64,000 bases of DNA, taken from the NCBI GenBank assembly GCA_026936335.1, contig JAPMXV010000042.1, positions 310,001-374,000 on the forward strand. The letters are read 5' to 3'. Source of the stretch: Mantamonas sphyraenae STR306 (lineage: Eukaryota > Protista > CRuMs). The notes under the pieces are model-generated. The model was not told where the DNA came from. It did no database searches and worked only from the letters and a program-made list of their open reading frames with translations. Shown here in pieces: positions 44,482-57,236 of this stretch (its first letter is position 1; every line of letters starts with the position of its first letter). The position numbers and the translations under genes are program-made.

Positions 44482-45851
44482 TTTCGTCGTCGGCCTCGTC
44501 CAACTCTTCCAAGAAGTCCAAAGACACGAGCCTGAAAACAGACATGTACGTGACGCAGTCCGCTGCGTTTAGCGACTCCAAGGGCAGCGGCAAGAGTGCC
44601 GCGGCCCAAGAGGGGCCGAACCTGCGGACCAAGCTGTACGCAGGCGACTTTTTCCTGGGCACGTCGATGGCCTTTGCCATGACCAAGCTGGTGGGCAAAG
44701 CGCGCAAGAGCAAGATGGAGAGCAAGGTGAAGAACGCCTTTGCGGCCGAGGTGATGCTGCTGCTCGTCAACGTTCTGCAGCTGGGTCAGTCCAAGGTGCC
44801 CACACACCCCATCGACAAGGACTCGTACGACCGCATCTGCCTGGCCATCCAGATCCTGCTGGATCCGCACACAAGCGAGATTTCCAACGACATCCTGCAG
44901 GAGGAGTGCCGCCAGGCGTTCCGTGAGTTGCTGGCTGAGCAGAAGAAGCGCCAGTCCGAGGAGATGGACAACGTGCAGGAAAAGAAGGATGTATATGTGC
45001 ATGTGGACGACGTAATCCAGTTCCGCCAGCTGCGCGGCAGGCGTGAGCAGCTGGCCGGCGTCGACGTGGACGAAGAGATGACGGACATCTCGCGCGCCAC
45101 TGGCTCGCTGGAGAAGGACGACGAGAGCAGCAAGCTGAACCGTGTGTTTCAGCTCACCGGTCTCTCCGATCCCATCTACGCAGAGGCGTATGTGAGCGTG
45201 CACTCGTACGACATTGTGCTCGACATCATGGTGGTCAACCAGACCCCGGACACCTTGCAGAACTTGTGCCTGGAACTCGCCACCCTGGGCGACCTCAAGC
45301 TGTGTGAGCGTCCGCAGAACTACACCATTGGACCCTGCGACACACGCAACATCAAGGCAAACATCAAGGTGTCTTCCACCGAGACGGGCATCATCTTTGG
45401 CAACATTGTCTACGACGTGGCCGGCTCCAGCGCAGAGAGCAAGGTGGTCATCCTCAACGACATTCACATCGACATCATGGACTACATTCGCCCTGCTGTG
45501 TGCCAGGACCAGGAATTCCGCACCATGTGGGCCGAGTTTGAGTGGGAGAACAAGGTCGCCGTCAACACGGAGATCACCGAGCTCGAGGCCTTCCTGGAGC
45601 ACATTTCCAAGTCCACCAACATGAAGTGCCTCACACAGAGCTACGCACTCGAAGGCAACTCGGAGTTTCTGGCTGCAAACATGTACGCCCGCAGTATCTT
45701 TTCCGAGGATGCCTTGGCCAACGTCAGCATCGAGCGCGATCCGACCACAAAGAAGGTCTCGGGTTTCATTCGCATCCGCTCCAAGACTCAGGGCATTGCT
45801 CTTTCCCTGGGCGACAAGATTACACTCAAGCAGGGCAAGTTGGACGCTTGA
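42356..45851 (+). CDS. COPB1: Coatomer subunit beta (4 exons)
   Basis: [90 protein letters not shown]. Confidence 0.97.
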
Positions 45852-45911
45852 TGAGCATGAATTCCTGCATTCTCTCTCTTTTTCTCCTCTCTCTCTCTCT
45901 CCCGACCCTGC

Positions 45912-48900
45912 TCATTCTTTACTGTTGCTGCTGGGTGTGCCCTTGTTGCTGCTGGGTGTGCCCTTGTTGCTATTGGGCGTGTTGCGGTTTCGGTTGCGGT
46001 TTCGGTTGCGGTTGCGGTTGCGGCTGGGTGTTCCAGGCGTGCCGCTGTTGCTGTTGCTGCTGCTCCCGTCGCCACTGCCGTCCACATTGTCGCCCGCCTT
46101 TTCTTGCGCAAGTTCTTGTTGGTATTCGGCCGACAGCTGCTCGTCAAGCACCCATGCGTCCTCGGGGATGACAGGCACAATCTCAACTTCGATGGGAGGC
46201 CACTTTGCACGCATACAAAGCTTGGCATCCAACACGCGGAAGAGCGAGAGGGCGTACACGTGCACCTGGCCACTCTTTGTGTCCTTGCGCTTCAGCAGCA
46301 TTCCCTGCTTCTCGTCGTGATCGAAGCGGTCAAACTTGAGTCGGCCCTTGAGGTCCTTGCAGTTGATACGCTTGTCGATGAAGTAGTCCATGACCAGGAG
46401 CGTGACTTGCGACTTGCCAACGGCCACCACACACACCTTGACGTCCATAGGGTGGTCGCGCAGGTACATGGCCAAGAACTTTTCGTCGCTCTTGTCCTGT
46501 GCCTGCTTGGCCGAATACTTACGCTCTGTACAGTGCGCCGCAATGCTGCTCACCACATCCTTCTTGAGGACGGGCACGTATTCCTTGTCGCTGCCACCCT
46601 CCTCGTCCTCGTGATCCTCCAGGAAGTCGGCGTGTGCGTCCTCGTCGAGTTCCTGCTCGCAGTCGCTCACCTCCAGCGCCGCCGTGAGCTGCCTGTGCAC
46701 AATCAGATCTGCGTACCTGCGGATGGGCGACGTGAAATGGGTGTAGTACTCAAAGTTGAGTGCGTAGTGTCGGAACTCACCCACTGCTGCACAGTCGCCC
46801 GTGCAGAAGTACTCGGCACTCTGCATGGGGTTGGTTGCCATCCATGTGATGATTTGGCGCTTGACCGGATCGTCTGGGAATTGTTCCTCCAGCGATTCCA
46901 GGCTCTGGCGCAGGCTGGTGCTGTTGGTCCACTCGAACGACACGCCCAGCTGCTTGCAATAGCCAAGAAACTCCTTGATCTTCTTTTCCAGGGGTGCCTC
47001 GTGCCTGCGCAGCAGTGAGGCGTCAGGAAAGGTGCGTGCAAGCTTGCGCGCCACGCTCTTGTTGGCCAGCAGCATGAATTCCTCCACCAGGAAGTTTGAC
47101 TCCCGCTGCAGGTACGGGTAGATTTCCACAGGCATGCCGCTCTCCGGGTCGAGCTTGAAGCCCAGTTTGACGTTGTCCAGGCGCACTGAGCCGTTGTGGA
47201 AGCGGTTCTTGCGGAGAGTGCTCGCGAGCTGGTGCAGGTTGCTGATGTCCTTGGCGATGTCCTCCTTGGTGACGCCGTCGATCGCAATCTTCTTTTCGAT
47301 CTCCTCGAGGGCGTCTTCGGTGTTGTCGATCACGCGCTGGGCGTCCGGGTAGGCAAACTTGCCACAGGAGCGGATGACAGTGCGGCCGAACCACTCGTGC
47401 TTCTTGCGGCCGGACGGGGTGATCTCCCACATGACGGAGTAGGCGAGGCGCTCGACACCGCCGTTGAGGGAGCACAAGTCTTCGCAGAGGAGCCTAGGAA
47501 GCATTGGGATGACGCGCTGGACGAGGTAGGTGCTGGTGGCTCGGTCCTGGGCTTCCTCATCAAGGGCAGTGCCCGGAGTGACAAAGAAGGAGACGTCGGC
47601 AATGTGCACACCCAGACGATAGTTGCCGTTGTCCAACTCTTCAATGGACAAGGCATCGTCGAGATCGCGTGCGGTGGGCGGATCGATGGAAAAGATGCGC
47701 GTGGTGCGCAGGTCGCGGCGCTTTTCAATCTCCTCCTCAGGGATCTTCCAAGGCAGATCCAGGGGCAAACACGCAAGCACGTCGTCCTGGAATTCGGCGT
47801 CGTCGATGCCGGCCTCGCGCAGCAGAGCCATGGTTTCGGTTTGCACCGTGCCGGCTTCGCCAATTGTGTCCACATACAGACCCAGAGGCAGACGCACGTT
47901 GCTCTCCCACTTGTTAAAGTGAGCGCTGACAAGCAGGCGGCTGTAGTTTTCCGGGTCCTCCCAAAAAGCCTCTGGGATCTGCTTGCGTGGGATCTGAAAG
48001 TGCGGGTCGCGTCGATCCATGCTTTGGAAGCGGATCATGCTCTGGTTTGCGTGCAAGGGCACCAGGAGCACGCCGATGTACTCGCGCGTGCGGCTCTTGG
48101 GTGTGCCATTGAATCCCACCACGCGTCCCACAGGACGCAAGGCCATGCGCTGCCTCTCGCTGAGATGATCAAAGGCGCCCTCCGCGTCGCCTCCCAGCAG
48201 TTCCACAAGCTGCTCGTCCGACAGCTTTTCGCTTGTGGAAGACTCTTCGTTGTTGCCACTGCCACTGTTGCTGCTGCTACTGCTGCTGCTGCTCCCCGGA
48301 CCGGCGTCGTCGTCGTCTTGCACGCCATTGTTTTCGAGCTCGCGCAGGTCGTCCCACTCGCTTGTCTGTGAATCCTCTTCCCACTTGGACACGGGCTCGA
48401 TTTTGATGACGACCGAGTCACCGGCAAACGCGCGATTCTGGTTGTCGCCGCGGACGAGGACGTCGCGCTTAAGTCCCGGCACGGTGACGTAACCCATGTC
48501 TGGGGCGTTCATGTTGACTCGCAGGATGCCCTCAAACAGTTGCTTGGTCTGCAGGTGTGCGTGTGAGGTTGTGAGAGAATGTATGGGCGTGTGCGGGGTG
48601 CATGTGTGTGTGTGTGTGTCGGATATGCGCGTTTGCGAAACGTCGGCGGGCTCTTTCTCAGAATGCGTTCCTACTCCAGTGTGTGACTGCACCTACCTCA
48701 AGTCCCTCGCGGATCTCACTTTCCGGCCAGTGCTCGGCAAAGTCTGCTTGCATAGCTGGAGAGCGACGGGGCGAGTTGCGGTTACGCCTGTGCAGTGGAC
48801 TGGGCGTGTTGTACTTGCCGTGGCCCTCCTGGTAGCCGCGATGGACGCGTTCCCGCTTGGGAGTGTCGTCGCTGTCGCCACGCTTCTTGTTGGAGCCCTT

Positions 48901-49143
48901 GCCCTTGCCCAGGCTCTTTCCGCCAGATTGGGGTGTGTTTTGCTTGTGGCCACCACCTCCTCCGTGGTTGTTGCGGCGCCTGCCGCTGCCGCTGTTGCTG
49001 TTGCTGTTGCTGCTTGTGCCTCGGTTGGGCGTTCCCGACCCGCCCCGGCCACCACCTCCGGCGGGGCTGTTTCGATTGCGGTTTCGTCTGCGATTGCCAC
49101 TGCCGTGGCCATTGCTTTGGGTGTCCTGCTGGTTGCTGGACAT
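45912..49143 (-). CDS. DIS3L2: DIS3-like exonuclease 2 (RNB family 3'-5' exoribonuclease; 2 exons)
   Basis: RIFSIDPPTARDLDDALS, LGVHIADVS, TSTYLVQRVIPMLPRLLCE, HYALNFEYYTHFTSPIRRYAD. No PIN domain; disordered N-terminus. Confidence 0.92.
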
Positions 49144-49214
49144 GATGGATGATGTGTTTCCGTGGTTGGGCTGGCGCGTCCCGGGAAACAAACAAACGAA
49201 CTTTGTGCGGCGAC

Positions 49215-52200
49215 ATGGAGCGGGATTCGCTGGACAATTGGATGGAGGTGAGTTGGAAAGGGTTGCCGTGTTCTTATGCATGTACCGAACTGTCTGTGAC
49301 GAGGAGATGTGCGTGCGTGCTGACGCGAGGCGTGCAGCAGGTGCAGCGGAACTCGCGCGCTCAAGCGGACGAGCAAGTGTCGTCGCTGCTGGGGAGCAGC
49401 ACGGCCAGAAGTGGACGTGGAGCACACCAAGGGCAGGAAACAGGGGAACGGGAGTTGGCATGGAGCGTGGGCAGTGGCGGCAGTGGCAATAGCTTTGGGG
49501 GGGACGAGGCAGAGCTGAGGCAGTCGGCAGACGCGTTCGATCTCGCTTCGCGCTTTGATGCATTGTTGCGAGACAAGATGGAGCGCAGAAAGCCTGCAAC
49601 AACACAGTGGCAACATCAGAGTGAAGACACAGGATGGGCGAACTACGATGGCACGAACGAGAACGAGGAACAAGAAGAGGAGTTGACAAGGGTTGGCGGA
49701 AACGGCCGGAGCGGGCTACCGGCACATATCCAGGCCATGCTGGACGAAAAGAACGAAATTGCAAACTCGCTGGGAAAAGAGAGGCAGTATAGACATAGGG
49801 ACAGGATGGCCGAGGCATTTGGAATCGAGGAAGCAGAAAGCGGCGGGCAAGACGACGAGGACGAAGGCGAGTTGAGCGAATGGCAACAGTTTCGACAAAA
49901 GCTGTCGACTCCGTTGACTGTGCGCAGCAGACACGACACAAGCAGCGTCTTGGATGTCAATCGGCAACTGGAAGAGTCCGAGCGTGCTCGGGATGCGCTG
50001 AGGGCCGGGTTGGGCGAGCGACGCGAAAGTGCAAGCAGCTCCTCACCTGGAGGCGGCGGGAACGGCAGTGCAGGGACCAGCAACAACCCTCTGAAACGGA
50101 TGGAAGAGCGAAGAAAAGAGTCGCGCGAACGAAGGACAAGGAGGATGGAACAGAGGCTGGCCAAGGCGCAGGAAGAGGCGATTGCCCTGGAAGAAGCGCG
50201 GGCGGAACAGATGGCCGCGTCTCGCAAGCAGCAGGAACGCAGACGCAACTTGAAGCTGGTTCAGGAGAAGCAAAAGATGCAGGCGGAAATCGAGGCCATC
50301 AAACGAGAGATCGAGTTGGAAGCCAAGCGGCAAGCGGCAGAGGAAGCTGCCATGTTGCAAGAGATGGAGCGGCTGGCAGCGCTGAAGGAGGAGCAGGAGA
50401 AGCAAAGGATGGTGTTGGAGGAAGAAAAGAGATTGCGGGCAGACAAGGACAAGCGGTTGGAGGCTGCGTGGGCGGTGTGGGAACGGCAACGGGACGCAAA
50501 GGAGAGGCGTCAGTTGCGGGTGGCATTGCAGGCGTGGCAGGAACAAGGAAGGCACACGAGACTGATGCGGGCACGTGCGACGGCGTTGATAGAAGGGAAG
50601 CGGAAGCAACGGTATATGGACCGGTGGAGGAGGTATGTGCGAGAGGAGCAGGGTCGCAGTGAAGAAGAGCGGGTGCGTGCCGAGATTGCACGTGAGCAGC
50701 AGATGGCCATGAAGGCACAAAGACACATGGAATGGCAGCTGATGTCCAAGTGCATGGTTGCATGGATGTCATTCCGTCATGTGATGCAAGAGGAGAGGCG
50801 CATGCAGGAGCAACATGCCGAGAGACGGGCAAAGATCGACGCCCTTGTGCAACAGGCGGCAAAACGGGCAGCAAGGGAAGAAGAGGAGGCGGAAGAGGAA
50901 AGGAAACGCCAAGAAGCGGAGCAGGCAAGGGCACAGATGAAGCGACGCAAGGCGAAGCAGCAGGAATGGAGCATGCGAGTGGAGGAGAGCGAACAGGGTC
51001 AGGAGGTGACGCTCTCGGGCTTGGGAGGAGGTGGAGACGGTGGGGATTCAGATGAGCAAGATGACAGCAGTAGTGACGGTGAGTGGGACAGCGCATCTGT
51101 TCAGGTGGCCTACGGAGGCGAAGACAGCTCAGACAGAGAGTCGGACGTGGCCAAGAGTGAGCACATGAGGACACCCAGAAGCGGAAGGGCGGGTAGGCAA
51201 ACAGCAAACAGCACGAGGAGAGGATCAGCGACCAAACGGGAGTTGAGCGAAGCGGAGAAAGCCGAAATCGCAAAGGGGCGAGAGATGGCGGCGCGGATGG
51301 AGGCTCGTGCGAGAGAACGCAAGGAGAGACGGGAACGGCTGGCAGAGAGATACCGAGAGATAGAGCAGGAGAGGAGGGCAAAGGAAGAGGCGCGGCTACA
51401 GGAGGAGAGCGAGCGGCTTGCGATGGAGAAGCGAGAACGTGTACGCGCAATGCGCGAGAAAAAGCTGGCCGAAAAGAAGGCGAAGGAGGAGAAGGAAGCG
51501 CGGAAGCGGAGGATGGAGGAGCTGCATCAGCTGGCTCGACGGCACTATGTGCTGAAGAACATGCACTATCGGGGCTGGCTGCCGTGGCGCCAACTTGTGT
51601 GGCGTGCGCGGCAGGCGGAACAGATGGCCGACGAGGCGTTTGCAGAACAGCTGCGTGCCAAAGTGTTTGGCGAGTGGCAGCTGGCGGCGCGAAGCATTGC
51701 AGAAGCCAAGGCTGCGCGTGCGACAGCGATGCACAGCGAAATGATGGCGAGGCGGGCCATGCGAGCGTGGAAGGAGCAAATAGCAGAAATGCGGGCCATG
51801 GAGGCAGCTGCACACGAGCAAGCCAATATGAAAGCGCGCAGGAGGCTGTTTGAGGTTTGGTTTCGCGAGTACCAGCGAGCAAGTGCCATCCGGCAAGAGC
51901 GGGAAGCGAGACTGCGAGACATTGCCGACGCGTTTGCCGAGGAGCAGTGCAGCAGGAGGGGGCTGCGGCGCTGGCATGCGGCGTTGCACACACGTAGAGA
52001 AGAAAAGGCGAGGGAGGAGCGCATCGGACGGCTGAAGAACAAGGTGAGCTCGTGGCTGGAAAGCGACCCGGGCGAGCTGGAAGCGGTGCGCAGCACTCCG
52101 CGGCGCAGAGACTGGTTGCTGGACGCAAACGAAATCGGAGGCGACTCAACAGGCGCAAAAGGCACGGGAGGGACCAAGACACGTGTGTCGCCGCAAGCGG

Positions 52201-52358
52201 AAGTGCAACTGAGCGCTCGTGCGCGACGCCTGTTGCAAGAGGTTGTCGAGCGTCCTGACAACGCACCCATCTCGCGTGTGAAGCTGAAGAAGCCCACACT
52301 CATGGATGAGCCTGTGACGGACACGAATCCGTGGCGTATGGACGAGGAGGAGCTGTGA
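49215..52358 (+). CDS. CCDC191: CCDC191-like coiled-coil protein with Sfi1-like Trp-periodic repeats (probable in-frame intron near 5' end)
   Basis: Repeated A..H/F...L....W units (LQAWQEQ, MDRWRRY, CMVAWMSF, WLPWRQL, VFGEWQL, MRAWKEQ, LRRWHAAL), RAKIDALVQQAA and REERIGRLKNKV resemble recalled CCDC191 sequence. Confidence 0.7.
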   Translation: MERDSLDNWMEVSWKGLPCSYACTELSVTRRCACVLTRGVQQVQRNSRAQADEQVSSLLGSSTARSGRGAHQGQETGERELAWSVGSGGSGNSFGGDEAELRQSADAFDLASRFDALLRDKMERRKPATTQWQHQSEDTGWANYDGTNENEEQEEELTRVGGNGRSGLPAHIQAMLDEKNEIANSLGKERQYRHRDRMAEAFGIEEAESGGQDDEDEGELSEWQQFRQKLSTPLTVRSRHDTSSVLDVNRQLEESERARDALRAGLGERRESASSSSPGGGGNGSAGTSNNPLKRMEERRKESRERRTRRMEQRLAKAQEEAIALEEARAEQMAASRKQQERRRNLKLVQEKQKMQAEIEAIKREIELEAKRQAAEEAAMLQEMERLAALKEEQEKQRMVLEEEKRLRADKDKRLEAAWAVWERQRDAKERRQLRVALQAWQEQGRHTRLMRARATALIEGKRKQRYMDRWRRYVREEQGRSEEERVRAEIAREQQMAMKAQRHMEWQLMSKCMVAWMSFRHVMQEERRMQEQHAERRAKIDALVQQAAKRAAREEEEAEEERKRQEAEQARAQMKRRKAKQQEWSMRVEESEQGQEVTLSGLGGGGDGGDSDEQDDSSSDGEWDSASVQVAYGGEDSSDRESDVAKSEHMRTPRSGRAGRQTANSTRRGSATKRELSEAEKAEIAKGREMAARMEARARERKERRERLAERYREIEQERRAKEEARLQEESERLAMEKRERVRAMREKKLAEKKAKEEKEARKRRMEELHQLARRHYVLKNMHYRGWLPWRQLVWRARQAEQMADEAFAEQLRAKVFGEWQLAARSIAEAKAARATAMHSEMMARRAMRAWKEQIAEMRAMEAAAHEQANMKARRRLFEVWFREYQRASAIRQEREARLRDIADAFAEEQCSRRGLRRWHAALHTRREEKAREERIGRLKNKVSSWLESDPGELEAVRSTPRRRDWLLDANEIGGDSTGAKGTGGTKTRVSPQAEVQLSARARRLLQEVVERPDNAPISRVKLKKPTLMDEPVTDTNPWRMDEEEL

Positions 52359-52387
52359 GTTGGAGACGGTGAGAACTGTAGTCAAGC

Positions 52388-54462
52388 TCAATCTTCTTCG
52401 TCGTCGTCCACATGCCGCTCTCCCTCAACGTTGACAAATGCAAAGCTGTCGTCGCCTTCGTCCTGTTCAAAATCTCCCCAATCCTTGTCGTCGAAGCGGA
52501 TGTATGTGCTGAACCGACTGTCTCGGATGGCTGCGAGCTCGCTTTCATGCTGGCTCATAGCCCTGCCCATCATGGCTGGGCCTGCGCCGCTGCCTTGCTT
52601 CTGCAGTGCAGCCACACGCTTATTTGACAATTTGTACATGGGCCTCTTGCCCTTTGACGGTGTGGCGCTCTCGCTGCTGCTCTCGTCCATCAAGTCCGAG
52701 TCGTCGGCCACGCCCAAGGCCGCCGACGCAGTCGAGGACGACGACTGGCCTTGGCGAGCCTCCTCTTCTGCGCGTTGTTGCTTTGCTTCTGCCTCTGCGG
52801 CAGCCTCCGCCTCGGCTTCAGCCGCCTCGGCACGCTCCTGAGCCTCACGCGCACGCTCCTCGTCGCGGGCCTTTTTCTGTGCGGCTCGCTTTGCACGCAG
52901 CTCCTGGCGCTGCTGGGCGGCCTCCTCGGCTTCGCGTTCCAAGTCCACGCGGTGGTGAGCACGCATCTTTTTGATGCTGCGGCGGTTTTCCATCGGTAGC
53001 TCGCCAAAGGTGTAGTTCATCAGCGACTCGCAATCAAACAGAGTTTCCGGCAGAGTCTTGAGCAAGTTCATGAGCTCACCCGGGTCGCTGGTGCTCAACA
53101 GCGTGTCCTCGTGGAGCTTGAAGATGGCCACGGCCACGCGGAAGATGACCTTGGTGCCCTCGTTGAAGAAGGCGTCCCACACGCGCAGCACCGTCTCTGT
53201 GGGCAAGGAGTTGAGAAAGAGGCAGAGAAACCAGTTTGTGGAAACCACAGGCAGGATGATGTACGATGCCTCCAGATGCTCCTTGATGGCAGGGCCCATC
53301 TTGGTCAGGATTTCGTCCAGGACTCTCAAGTCGATGTGTGACTCCATCATGCTTTCGGAGTAGTAGTTGGGTGGCAACAGGTTCTCCATGATGGCAGAGA
53401 AGGTCCAGAAGGCAGACTCTTCGTCCATGAGCAGGAGAAGGAAGCCCGCAATGAAGTTCATGCTTTGGCAGTAGCCGACGCCCCTGTTGCGCCAGGAGTA
53501 GGCGTTGAGCACACGCTGGAGAGCTTCGACCTGCCTGCAGCCGCGTGCAAATTTGGGATGACCGGGAAAGGTGCGGTTCAAATCCTGCAGAATCTGGTCG
53601 GTGGCCACTGTGCGTTTGCCATTGAATTTGTTGACCAGTTGCCAGTACTTGCCTTCGTTTGCTTCCAGCCTCTGCGTGGCCCCGAGTAGAAACATCCACA
53701 CTTCTCTCCTGTACTCGCGTGGGATGCCACGACGCACCAGCTTCTTCAGCGTCGGGTCTTTCTTGCTCACCGACGTCAGCTGCTCCCTCCCGCCAATCTT
53801 CTCAAAGAACTCCTCCCAGTCTTCCCTCCGCTTCTCCATCAGCGGGTAGTAGAAGAGCCGATAGTACGACTGTGCCTCTCTGTATATACTCCTTGGCAAA
53901 TCGAATCCGTATCTGTCTCGGTGGACGCTGTGCCGTGTGTGTCACGCCATGGGCCGAGGCGAATCCGCGTCAGCATCTCCCCTCCGGGGTGTCGTTTGCG
54001 CGGCTGCGCGTACCGCTTGCACATGCAGAGTGCCACGGCACCACCCCAACCGGGTGCACTGTAGGAAACGACACGCCCTGTTCACACTCTTCCGTTCACT
54101 TACGCCAGCATGGGGTCGCTGTCGCGCTCATAGTCCCAGGTAGCCAGCAAGCGGTTGATGGCTGCCCGTGTGCCCGAGTCCAGCTTTGCTTTCATCAACC
54201 ACTGGTCTCCACTGAGACTCCCGTCTTCACGAGACGGATGGTCGCGGAACAAGAGAGCATCGATCACCTCCTCGTTGCTGCGTGCGTCCCGGAGGTCGCG
54301 AATCAGGTCTGCGTCCCGAAGGCGCATACGGGTGATCAGGGTCGTCGAATAATCGATGGTGCGCCCTGCTGACCCTGACGTGTCCATGGCTCTCGTGGAG
54401 CTGGACGACAGCCGCGTCCCATTGTATGCCGACGATGCGGACGCTGCCGAAGGAAACGACAT
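52388..54462 (-). CDS. TBC-domain Rab GTPase-activating protein (5' end uncertain: 54462, 54387 or 54024)
   Basis: RDRYGF, LKKLVRRGIPREYRREVW, QILQDLNRTFP (Arg finger), VGYCQSMNFI (Gln finger), LRVWDAFFNEG. Confidence 0.9.
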
Positions 54463-54528
54463 GAAAAGTGTGGGCCACGCAGGGCATGGACATCCAACTG
54501 CAACCAACTGGTGCCAACTGGTGGTCAT

Positions 54529-56993
54529 TCATTCCCGTGTCAGCTCGTCTTTGATCAAACGCAGCTGCTCCTCTGCTTTGCTGCGCAGCTCCTGTTCCTT
54601 TTCCAGCTTCTCCTGCAACGCATTGATTTTGGCGATCGAGTCGCGCAGACCCTGCTGCATCTGCTCCTGCAGTCGACTAACCGTGTCGTTCATCCAATCC
54701 TCCGCAGAGTGGCCCTGTGCTTGGTCTTCTTCGTCTTCTTCCTCATATTCCTCGTCGTCGTCTTCTTCCTCCTCCTCCTCATCAGCCTCCTCCTCGATCA
54801 AGTCGTCGCCGTTCTCCAGGCGAAGTCCCACATCAGGACGCGGCGTATCTTCGATTTGTGCAGCACGTTGCCGTGTGGCGCGCATTGGGGTTTGCATCTC
54901 CTCTGCCTCGGGTTCGTGTTCGTATTCCTCGTCCTCCTCCTCCTGCTCTTCCTCGTCTTCCAGCTCCTCCTCCAGTTCGACCTCCTCCTCCTCTTCAAAC
55001 TCTTCTTCCTCCTCCTCGTCTTCGTATTCTTCCTCCTCTTCGTCACTCTCGCTGTCGCTAAACAGCGGCTCGTCGTTGCTTTGCTCGTCGCCGATGTTGG
55101 CGCGGTACTTGGTGCGGAGATGCATGTAGCGTTGCTTCCACTCGTGCCGTTTCTGATCGACAGTCTCTCGAGCAAATTTGACTGTCTGCAGTCTCTCCTT
55201 GGCTTCACGCGCGACAGTTGCGACCACATAGGGGTCGATCAGCGTGGCCTGTACGCCTTGCTCGCACATCTTGCTTCGTGGTTTGAGTGCGCCTCCCTGT
55301 CGCTGCTGCTCACGCAGCAGCCACTTGTACTGACCGGCCTTGGCCTGGCTCATTTCCAGTTCCAACTCCAAGTCGGCCACGTCGCTCTGCAGCTGTTCCA
55401 CTTCGACACACTGCACGGTGTACAACAGATCCACTTCACGCATGACACTCACCTCGGCGGCCATGTTGGCCTGTTCCTGCTCCAGACGCTCCACATGCGC
55501 ACTCAGCTCCTCGTTCTGGGCAATCATGTCCTCCAGCGCCTCACGGATCTTCTGCTCCAGCGACGACACCTCTGCGTTGTTTTGGCGCAGTTCCTGGTTT
55601 TCCTTTTCCAGTGCAATCACGCGTGCCTGTGTGTCCACTTGCTCGATCCCATGTTCCATCGCTTCGATCAGCTCCTTTTGCGTGCGCTGCAGGTCTTGCT
55701 GCAGGTTTGCTGCCTCCTGTTTGGCTGCGCTTAGGCGCTCTTCCAGCTTGGTGCGCTCTTTGCGCAACGCGTCCATCTCGCCCTGCATGCGCATCTGCGA
55801 CTCTTTGCTCCCCTTGAGACTCTGCGCGAGCTGGGCACTCTCCTTGCGCGCCTCCAGCACCGCCTCCATGTACTTTGATGGGCTGTCGCCGCTTGCACGG
55901 CGCTTGCGAGCGCTCTCGCGCTGCGCTCTTGCCTGACTGCGCTCGTGCAGCCGTGCCGTCTCGTGCTCGAGGTTTTGGGCACGCTGAGCCCATTTGTACG
56001 CCGACTCCACAGCCTGTGCTTGCTTTTCGCTTGATTCTGGCGTGAAGAACTGCTCTCCATCGTCGTCCTCATCGCTCCCAGATCGCCGGCTACGCTTGGT
56101 CGGCTCACTTGCATCCACACCAACATCCACGTGCCGCTTATGACCCATTTGCTGCTTCTGTAATCCCGTGGGGTGGAGGGGGGCATGACGAGGGCACACA
56201 TACCGAGGGTGTCAGGATCTGCACACGCGGATTTCGAGCAAACACTCAGAAGGAAAGTGTCTGCGACACAGCGCTTGGCTGGGACGCACACGGCACCGTG
56301 TAGATGCTCACCACTATCGTGTGATGGGGTGTACACTGGATCGCCGCTTCATACTTACCCAAATGTTGGCTGGAGCCTCCTGCGCAGCGCGGGCAAGCAA
56401 GCCCTGCTCCAAAGTCGACCCAGGGCTCTTGCGCTTGCCCAACACACTGTCTGCCGGACGAGAGGTTGATTCAGCCATGTGTGTGCCGGCCATGCCTGTG
56501 GCTTGATCTGTGTTCTCGGTTGTGCTGCCGCTGGCGAGCTGCAGCTTATCTTGGCGCGCTTTGCGCTTGCCCCTCTTGCGCCCGCTGATGTGGCTCAGAG
56601 CGGCCATGGCATCCAAGTTCTTGAACAGCTGGCTGTCCCCACTGTCCTGGCCGCCCTTGTCCTCGAATACGGTCCACGACACAGGCTTGGATGTGGGCAT
56701 GGAACCTCCGTCTGCCTTGCTGTTGCGGCCCTTGCTGCGCCGCCGCTTGCTCGTCTTGGGTGATGCCTTGCGTGCCTTTACATCCGTCAGGGCCACGCGT
56801 CCACCCACACGTGCGTCTGGTGTCGCTGCCACCTGCATATCCGATCCCAGCTTGTTCTGTACGCGTGCAAATTGTGTCAGCCGCACCGTTTTTGGCGCCA
56901 AAATCGTGCACTGCGCTTGTCCGTCCGCCCACACACCTTGCTTCCACCCTTTTTCTGCTCACGCCACACTTCCAAACGCTCTTCCATGCTCAT
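54529..56993 (-). CDS. Hypothetical coiled-coil protein (3 exons)
   Basis: MSMEERLEVWREQKKGGSK|NKLGSD...APANIW|KQQMGHKRH..., joined by GTGTGT..CAG and GTAAGT..CAG introns. Long heptad and acidic regions. Confidence 0.7.
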
Positions 56994-57236
56994 GTTGTCG
57001 ATCGACTGCCCTGAAAGCATGCCCAAAGGCTTCCTGCTGCCGCCGCTCATTTTCTCCGACGCTCGGGTTCGCTTGCCTGGCTGTGCGCAGTGCATAGTGG
57101 GGCTCGCGTGCAAGTGGTGTGTGGAAAGTGGCCACACGACAAAGACACGACTCCGGTTTGGACCAGAGTGGCATGGTGGTGTGGTGGACAGCGAGCGAAC
57201 GGCGAGCCAACCGAAACCGCGCCGCCCCCGCACACA

